DNA of 64,000 nucleotides from assembly GCA_951406725.2 (NCBI GenBank), contig OX597816.1, positions 29,326,001-29,390,000 on the forward strand, in the 5' to 3' direction. Of this stretch, positions 55,280 to 64,000 are shown piece after piece. The first letter of the stretch is position 1. Every line of letters begins with the position of its first letter. The position numbers and the translations under genes were made by a program. Below the pieces are notes generated by a model, which was not told the origin of the DNA, ran no database searches, and saw only the letters and a program-made list of their open reading frames with translations. Source of the stretch: Octopus vulgaris (lineage: Eukaryota).

Positions 55280-55961
55280 AAGTGGTTCCACTAAGATATA
55301 CAAGTAATAACCAAAGTAATTATCTCGCATCACGGCATTATTAATACATGTGAAGGTAAATTAATTCTGAACAGTATAGTTAAACGTCATTGCATAGAGT
55401 GAAATAGAACAACATTATGTAAGAGAAAATAGCAAAGTTATTGAATACAGACTTTTTCTGCTAAATCACAATAGCGTCATGCGTTTCTTCAGTTCTTTTC
55501 TTAAATGGTTTGAACCATAGTATTAGGTTGTACCCTTAGCTTTTGCAGTCTCTATCTGGAACATACGAAGATTTGGGTAGAAGTGAGACGAGGACAGCAA
55601 ATTTCGAGTTACATAGGCCAATGTAGGGGTAACAGAATAAATACAAGTGACACTTGTAGAGTGGGTCAAAGGTATTAGAGTATGAAATTATACAAGGGGC
55701 TGCTTTAAGAGTATCTTGAAAGCCTGACTGGAGGCTCAATCTTCCGAGTTCTTTTAAAGGTCATAGAAGGACTAAAGGACTGCTGTAATAAGTTTTGAAA
55801 CTGAAATGTTGAATAAGATCATAATAAACTGATCGCCCTACCTTCGAACATACAATGAAAGTATGTATCACCGAAGCACCAAATCGAGTGTTATAGTAGT
55901 ATGTTTTTGAAGAATTAGAGAGCAAATAAAAGGTGATTGGTAAAGTAGTTCTAATACTGCT

Positions 55962-56102
55962 ACATATATGTATGTATATATGTATGTGTGTATGTATATA
56001 TATATGTATGTATGTATGTATGAATGTATGTATATATGTATGTATGCATCTATGTATATATGTATGTATGTATCTATGTATATATGTATGTATGTATGCA
56101 TG

Positions 56103-56133
<31 letters not shown>

Positions 56134-56170
56134 CTATGTATGCATCTATGTATGTATGTATATGTATATG
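55962..56170 (+). repeat. (TATG)n-derived microsatellite with a higher-order ~24-bp pattern
   Basis: Direct reading. Confidence 0.85.
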
Positions 56171-56952
56171 AGATAATGAAAACTTTTTGTTTTCTAAAAT
56201 CACAGGTAACTATGCTTAATGAAAAAAGAAAACGGTTAATTATAAGTTTTAAATCTTTAATCTGTCTCGTATATTTCTATTTAATTTATCCCTTGAGGAG
56301 AACATCAATGTAGAAATGATTTCGAATGAAAACCTGAGGATATTAAGTTACATATTCTGGAAACATTAATTAAAGTGTGATGGCTTGATAACAGCATCGG
56401 CATTCACTTAGCAAAGTGTAAGTTTTGTATATGTGGCCATTCATTTTGACTGTATTATCTTCATTGGTTTTTAGACCTCCTGTATCTTGATATGTTTCTA
56501 GAAATAATATATCATGGAAAGAAAATAGGAAGGAATATGAAAATGGCTGCAAATTTTGCTGATCAATTTAATTTTGCGAGAAATAACTTTGAATTTTCGA
56601 CTATTAATCGATTGGCACAAACAGTAATGTCGGATAACAGTCATGCTTTTTCTTTAAGTTTATGCATCATCAAAAGTATTCATTAGATGGATAGTAAAAT
56701 AATGATGGTGATGATAATGATGATGATGAGTATAATAATAATAATAGGTAGTCGTAGTAGTAGTAGAAGGAGAAGGAGAAGAAGAAGAAGAGCAAGGAGA
56801 AGTAGAGGAAGAAAAAAAAAGTAGAGGAATCTAAAAATATCGTCCACAACAAGAAACCATTAGACAAGAAGAAAGCAACCAGCAGTATGTTGATGATACT
56901 ATTACGCATAACTATGATTTTAATGATTTACATGAAGTACAGCAAGTATCGA

Positions 56953-56961
56953 ATGTATATG

Positions 56962-57052
<91 letters not shown>

Positions 57053-57088
57053 GTGTATTTATATACATCTATATGTATATATATTATA

Positions 57089-57167
<79 letters not shown>

Positions 57168-57283
57168 ATGTGTGTATGTATGTATCATATTTAATTTTTA
57201 CATAAACAACACACACATATATATACACACATTCATGCAAACATATATACATAATATATAAATGTATACATACACACACACAC

Positions 57284-57319
<36 letters not shown>

Positions 57320-57325
57320 ATGTAT
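56953..57325. repeat. (TA)n/(TG)n/(CA)n microsatellite field
   Basis: Direct reading. Confidence 0.9.
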
Positions 57326-59039
57326 AGATTTCTAGACATGTATATATGAAATTCACACGCACATACAAATGAACACTCACACATACACAACACACGCAAG
57401 CACACATAAAATATAACTTTGTCTGTAAAGTAGAAAATGACTAAATAAAACTAAATCCATATGAAGTTCGTTGATTATGTTATTCCTTCAGGGTGACTCA
57501 ACTTTGTCAATTTACTTTTCTTCAATAAAATATAAAATGTATATGTACAATCAATAACTGCCTATACAATAACTAGCTCTTGTTCCTCCCGTGCTTTTTT
57601 TTCTAATCTATAATCGTTCTTAACGATCTATAGCCTAAACCCCTTTTGTGGCTTCAATCTATGAGTTCATTATATATTTTATTCGTTCTTTCTTAATTAT
57701 TTTGTACTTACTACATTTTTGATGTATGTTCTTTCCGTTCATTTTTGACGAGTTTTAAGATCGATTTTACATGTTACATATCACCATTTTACAGATATTA
57801 CTGCTTAAGTATTCAAACCGAGCAAAAATATTAAAGATATATAGCAGTAATATTTATTTTTCGATACACAACGAGAAGCTAAATAATAGATAACCTATTG
57901 GATAATTCATATTTTATTTCAAGTTTCACTTTCATAATGTAGAATTATTTCTTTTCATGAATATCTCTTTCTTGTATTGCTTAGGAATCAAAAGTATAAA
58001 AAGAAAACCTGTAACACATTGAAATGAATTATATCGATAAAGCAAATGGAGAAACGATGCATGGAAAAATAAAATATCCTGAATATGGAAGTTTGAAGAA
58101 GAAACAATAGCCGTAATTATACTCTTCACACTATACTTATAGGTAGTTAGATTGTTAATGCGCTCTGTGTTAAATCTGCTAACACTAGCTTATCTATTGT
58201 TCCTCTTGTGAGTTGTGTATCTGAATTATATTAATTATAATCAATTTTAGTTTCTTACACCTAGAGCTGTGCAAGTTTGAGCATTTGACTTGTGATCCTT
58301 TAATCAATAATTCAACAAGTATAGTGATAGCCAGCTCCATCTCAGTGAGAGAAAGAACAATTTCACGTCTTGGTCAAAAAGGGGAAATAATATTAGCGTT
58401 AAGCATAGTTTAAATGTATTTTTGTATTCGAATTTTTATAATGACACATCATTGAATATCTTATAACTATTCTGGCCGTAATAATAGTTGTAGTGGAAAC
58501 GATATAGAAAAATAATTACTGTCTCCTTGAAGTATATGCATCTTTCAACAAGTGGCATTTAAAAGGCGCCTCGGATATAGTATACAGAATATCCTCAATA
58601 TAGCAGAAAGCAGGACGCCCCATGATACTAAACTGAAAAAAGTTCACATACCCTAGACAAAAAGAATTGTTCATGGAAGTGCGGTGTGATTCCTACTCAA
58701 GAAACAAGAGCAATGGCAATTATAATAACTATGAATGACGGAAAGATGATGATAACGATTATGATGATGCGGATTCATTACATTTTTGAAGGGGCGTGCA
58801 ATTGGAGGGACATTAGAGGGAATGCTTATAATTCGTGAGTGAGTGGTTCCACAAGAGAAAAAAAAGAGGGAGAAATTTATGGTAAAGTGTATACTTTCTA
58901 TACAAAATATGTAAATACATCAATCCTACAAACACCTTGTTAAAAGAGTCTTCGAATAGGACCATTTTAAAACATCCCACAGATCACATATTCAACGACA
59001 TAAACCATCGTTCTCACCGGATTTACTAATAAAACTAGA

Positions 59040-59067
59040 AATAATAATTATAATGATGATGATGATG

Positions 59068-59118
<51 letters not shown>

Positions 59119-59121
59119 GTA

Positions 59122-59213
<92 letters not shown>
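59040..59213 (+). repeat. (TAA)n array, presumed target site of the adjacent LINE
   Basis: Direct reading. Confidence 0.92.
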
Positions 59214-59216
<3 letters not shown>

Positions 59217-61562
59217 GATCCCCAACTTCTGGTTGAAATATCTAACAGGAATGCACAAAAAGCTGGCTGAAAACTTTAACAACGTACTAGCAGACCCAGA
59301 GACAATGCCTGAATGGCTCACGAAGGGGAAAACCATCTTAATTCCCAAATCAAATGAAACAGAAAAACCAGAAAACTACAGACCAATAACCTGCCTCCCT
59401 ACTATGTTCAAGGCATTTACTGCAGTGATATCACAAAGGCTGAACAAGCACCTGGACGAAAACAAACTGTTCCCAGAAGAGCAGAAAGGATGCCGCAAAG
59501 GCTCATATGGCTGTAAAGATCAACTAATGATTAATAAAGCCATAACTGAAGACAGCCACAGAAAGAAGAAAGGCCTCAGTATGGCCTGGATTGACTACAA
59601 AAAGGCGTTTGATAGCATCCCCACACATGGATCCTCGAAACACTAGCCATTAACAAAGTAGCACCAACAATCATAAAATTCATAGAGCACTCTATGAATA
59701 AATGGCAAACAGTCCTACACCTCCAAACAAAAGAGGGACTCATGAAAACCAAAGACATCCCCATTAGAAGAGGAATATTCCAGGGAGATACGCTCTCTCC
59801 ACTCCTTTTCTGCTTGGCACTGTCACCTCTATCTGATATGCTAAATAGAACTGGATGCGGATATAAATGTTACGGCAAAACGATCAGCCACCTTTTATAT
59901 ATGGATGACCTAAAACTATACGCTGCAAATGACAAACAGCTGGAAACACTATTAAAGACAGTTCATGGATTTACCAAAGAAATAGATATGAAATTTGGAT
60001 TAGAAAAATGCGCCAAAGTAACCATGAAAAGAGGAAAACTAGTTAAGAGTAACAACATCACACTAGATGAAGCAAATGAAATAAAAGAATTAGACCAAAG
60101 CCAAACTTACAAATACTTAGGAATCCATGAACTAGATAAGACACAACACACACAAATGAAAGAGAAAAAAAAAAAAGAATATTATAGACGAGTTAGATCA
60201 ATACTAAACACAGAGCTCAATGCTAAAAACAAGATAATAGGTATCAACACTTTAGCCGTCCCAGTTATAAGTTACAGCTACAATATCCTTAACTGGACAC
60301 GAAATGAACTGACCAAAATAGACAGGAAAACAAGAAAAATAATGACAGGATCTAGGATGCATCACCCAAAATCTGACATAGAAAGACTATATATACAACG
60401 TATAGAGGGTGGTAGAGGCCTTATACAGCTGGAAAACTACTATAAAATAACCACCATAGGACTGCAAAAATATCTACTTCAGAAGGAAGGAAAACTGATC
60501 CAGATAGCGGCAAAACACGAGCAAAACAAAAAACTGTTCTCAGTATTTAAGGAAGCTGACAAATACAAACAAGAAATCATACCACCTAATAAACATGAAG
60601 AAGAAGAAGAAGAAGAAGAAGAAACAACAAAAGCTATAAAAAAAATGAAATCCAAACTAAAAATAGAACAGCAACGAACCATGATAAAACGATGGCAAGA
60701 AAAGCCCCTTCATGGTAAATACTGGACTAAACTAAACGCAAAAGAAATAGACAAAGAAAAATCCCAGCAATGGTTGAGAAGCTCAGGACTCAAAGCAGAG
60801 ACAGAGGGATTTTTAATTGCAGCACAAGACCAAAGCCTCCCCACCAGAAATTACCAAAAACATGTAATGAAAAGAAATATTACAAGTAACTGCAGAATAT
60901 GTGGAGATGGACAAGAAACAATAAATCATATTATCTCTAGCTGCCCAGTCCTGGCTAAGAAGGAATATATTCACAGACACGACAGAGTTGGAACTTACAT
61001 ACATTGGAAGCTATGCCAACATTATGGAATAACAACAGAAAAAAGATGGTATAGGCACACACCAGAAAAGGTCACAGAAAACGAGAAAGCAACCATACTC
61101 TGGGATATGCCGATACACACAGATAGAGAAATTAAGGCCAACAGACCAGATATAGTTGTCAGAGACCATGAAGAAAAAAATGCTTTCTAATTGATGTATC
61201 AGTACCGGCAGATGACAACGTGTCTCTAAAAGAAATGGAGAAACTCTCAAAATACAAAGACCTGGAAATAGAGGTAACTAGAATGTGGAATCTGAAAACA
61301 GAAACAATTCCTATCATAGTAGGTGCATTAGGCATGATAAAAAAATATTCAGACAAATACATAACAAAAACACCAGGACTTACAAACACATATAACATAC
61401 AGAAAATTGCACTACTAGGCACTGCACACATCCTACGCAGAACACTTTCCATACAATAACCATCAGAGCATCACAACAAATCACAGCACATACCCAAGGC
61501 ACACAGAGCTGCGCTCGGTAGTGAAGTGAAAGCACGCTATAAAAATAAAAATAAAACTACTG
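59214..61562 (+). mobile_element. Young 5'-truncated R4/Dong-clade non-LTR retrotransposon
   Basis: Begins abruptly at KIPNFWLK after (TAA)n. The ORF stops at 61459, followed by a ~100-bp 3' UTR and (AAT)7. Confidence 0.95.
59215..61459 (+). CDS. Reverse transcriptase, CCHC knuckle and restriction-like endonuclease; partial ORF with two -1 frameshifts (~59620 and ~61177)
   Basis: NYRPITCL, EEQKGCR, WIDYKKAFDS, GIFQGDTLSPLLF, LYMDDLK, YKYLG, CRIC..ETINHIISSC, RHD, NRPDIVV..LIDV, K..KYKDL, IPIIVGALG. Confidence 0.92.
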
Positions 61563-61583
61563 AATAATAATAATAATAATAAT

Positions 61584-62137
61584 GCCCTGATGCAGTACCA
61601 GGCAATGGCTCTCATGGCTTCTGATCTTAACTGATTGGAAGTGTTATCATGTACATTGATTTGTCTTGGTATAAACGATGGGCTACAGTAAATATTCTGC
61701 TCAATACCACAGATTTGCTTGTCAGTTGTTTGACCTTAACCAGTTGAGCATGTCCCTTAGTGGCTGACGATATGTGCATCTCTGATCGCGAGCAGAAGTA
61801 GTGGGGGAGCATCATAGCCATGTGTTGAGAGGGATTCTTTGGGGTTTGAATGATTCACCTCTGGAAACATGGGTGTTTCGTTCAACATCCTTAAACAACC
61901 CTTATTCAGGGACCTTTCGAGTGGGACGTGTTACTCGACCTGAAGAAAATTCTAACTGGGCCCCACTTGCAAGGTCATGTGCTGTTTATTTTGATATGAG
62001 ATCACCATGTCACGCACATATGGTTGTGATGCATGTGCCTAGTGTACCCTTATCAGACGGGTAGTCATGATGGGTATACTCGGCTTCGTATATTTTACCC
62101 CAGTGTCACTTTGATGGCATGCACTGCTCTCTCACTC
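61584..62137 (+). mobile_element. Unclassified 554-bp non-coding element flanked on both sides by (AAT)n
   Basis: A second copy lies at 52429-52921 with the same ends and context. It has no credible ORF and several hairpins. Confidence 0.78.
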
Positions 62138-62362
<225 letters not shown>

Positions 62363-62780
62363 ACTCAAGATAGAACTGAATGTAAGAAACATGATCGAAG
62401 CGATCAATGTTTTCGATATCATTAACTTGTTAGTTACCGAAATATGTAATATTGAAAGAAAAATACGAAAATTGTTAACAATGCATAGGATGCATCACCC
62501 TAAGGCAGATATAGAACGACTTTACCTGCCAAGAAACGAGGGTAGACGTGGAATTTTACAGCTGGAATTAACGTACTGTCTATGTTATCTCAAATTCTAA
62601 AACACACTTATTAGGTTCTTATGCATTCTTAAACATTCTCTAGAACGACACTATGTGCAAAACCAGATGCATTACATCCTTGACATAGCACCAACTTGAA
62701 CTTCTAACTTATTGTCTCTTGAGGTCTTTGGGTGAGATTTAGATCTAACTTGTACATATACGAAGCGAAAGCCAAACATA
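62363..62780 (+). mobile_element. R4/Dong-type LINE fragment with a large internal deletion (subfamily of 23871-24462)
   Basis: LKIELNVRNMIEAIN..IERKIRKLLTMHRMHHPKADIERLYLPRNEGRRG is fused at ~62572 to a terminus and 3' UTR matching 24258-24462 (ttgtctcttgaggtct..gggtg). Followed by (TAA)n. Confidence 0.82.
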
Positions 62781-62803
62781 TAATAATAATAATAATAATA
62801 ATA

Positions 62804-63014
62804 TTGGCTTCAAATTTTTACACTATACCAGAAATTTCGCAGAAGCGGTTAAATCGATTACATCGACCCCAGTGCGTAACTGGTACTTAATTTATCGACC
62901 CCGAAAGGATGAAAGGCAAAGTGACCTCGGCGGAATTTGAACTCAGAACTTAACGGCAGACGAAATACTGCTACGCTTTTCGCCCGGCATGCTAACATTT
63001 CTGCCAGTTCACTG

Positions 63015-63015
<1 letters not shown>
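62804..63015 (-). mobile_element. SINE family B
   Basis: catcgaccccagtgcgtaactggtacttaatttatcgaccccgaaaggatgaaaggc..ctgccagttc. Confidence 0.88.
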
Positions 63016-63070
<55 letters not shown>

Positions 63071-63071
<1 letters not shown>

Positions 63072-63376
63072 CAGGCAAAAGATGTCCATCTCTAGTGGTA
63101 TCTCTACTTCCTTCATTTTGACAATCATCCAACTGCGATATGTTGGAATAAGTCATGTTTTCCCCATTTTGAGTGTTACTGTGACATTTTCCTTGGCTAA
63201 TTCTTCGCTTGAATAACTTACTTCAACTCTGCCAAAGCGTCTTCCACAGGTGACATAACTACTTTAAAACCCAGACCAGACTCAGGTACTTTTCGATCTG
63301 GACCTGAGTCATTTTCTCCATTCTTTTAATGAATGTTTCTTCTCTTAGTGTCTTCTTGCATTCCCTCCGTTGTGTT
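63071..63376 (-). mobile_element. Possible decayed ORF1 fragment of an L1/Tx1-like LINE
   Basis: A minus frame reads VTCGRRFGRVEVSYSSEELAKE..*LIPTYRSWMIVKMKEVEIPLEMDI, an RRM-like pattern. The family assignment is tentative. Confidence 0.3.
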
Positions 63377-63432
63377 AAAATTGTCTGGCCAGCAATTCTT
63401 TGAGCTCATTCTGCTTAAAACAAAGAACAACC

Positions 63433-63663
63433 GCTGTTGAGCTGCCAGAAACGTTAGCACGCCGGGCGACCTGCGTAGCCGTATTTCGTCTGTCGTTACG
63501 TTCCGAGTTCAAATTCCGCCGAGGTCGACTTTGCCTTTCATCCTTTCGGGGTCGATAAATTAAGTACCAGTTACGCACTGGGGTCGATGTAATCGACTTA
63601 ATCCGTTAGTCTGTCCTTGTTTGTCCCCTCTGTATTTAGCCCCTTGTGGGTAGTAAAGAAATA
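63433..63663 (+). mobile_element. SINE family B, young full copy
   Basis: Close match to the reverse complement of 5244-5478. Confidence 0.9.
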
Positions 63664-64000
63664 TATTTTATCAATGTTTCTTTATGGAAGTGGCGGTGGT
63701 AGTGATGATGGTGGTGGTGTCAGTGTTGGGGACAGTAGAGGAGGTCGGTCTTCCATTATTTGAAAATATATCTTGCTCGTCGCTACTGATGCTTTTGTTT
63801 CTATTGCTGTTGTATCTCCTGTTGTCTAGTAGTGGGAACACAATATCATAGCGGCTATTCCAACAACAAATTTTTAATTAAAACATCAAAATTCCCCCTT
63901 AAAATCGCATTCTTGCCACTGCATCTCGTCTCGTTTGTAATGAGCTGGTTTATTTGGTTCTAAGTCCAGCAGAATATTGGAATAGCAACTAATAAAGCAG

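Noticed and set aside
63277-63312. 9-bp hairpin gactcaggt..acctgagtc
   Set aside because: Short stem inside a probable LINE remnant, which is expected by chance in 64 kb.

Overview
This is AT-rich eukaryotic non-coding DNA, intergenic or deep intronic. The SINE families, microsatellite load and composition resemble a coleoid cephalopod (Octopus-like) genome, which is an inference. I recognise no host protein-coding exon, rRNA, true tRNA or CRISPR array, and most listed ORFs are translations of microsatellites or SINEs. The window is dominated by mobile DNA: (1) at least nine pieces of R4/Dong-clade RLE non-LTR retrotransposons from several subfamilies, including a young 5'-truncated copy (59214-61562) with RT, CCHC knuckle and RLE; (2) a decayed Penelope-like element (RT thumb plus GIY-YIG) and further PLE remnants with degenerate hammerhead cores; (3) two mariner pseudogenes; (4) two non-autonomous Helitrons; (5) several hairpin MITEs in or next to (TA)n; (6) three or more tRNA-derived SINE families; (7) a 472-bp tandem duplication. 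The most system-like signal is a set of (TAA)n-anchored trains. In them, R4/Dong copies and an unnamed, structured ~550-bp non-coding element are stacked head-to-tail in a fixed orientation relative to the repeat. There is also an isolated pre-miRNA-like hairpin at 29172-29221.
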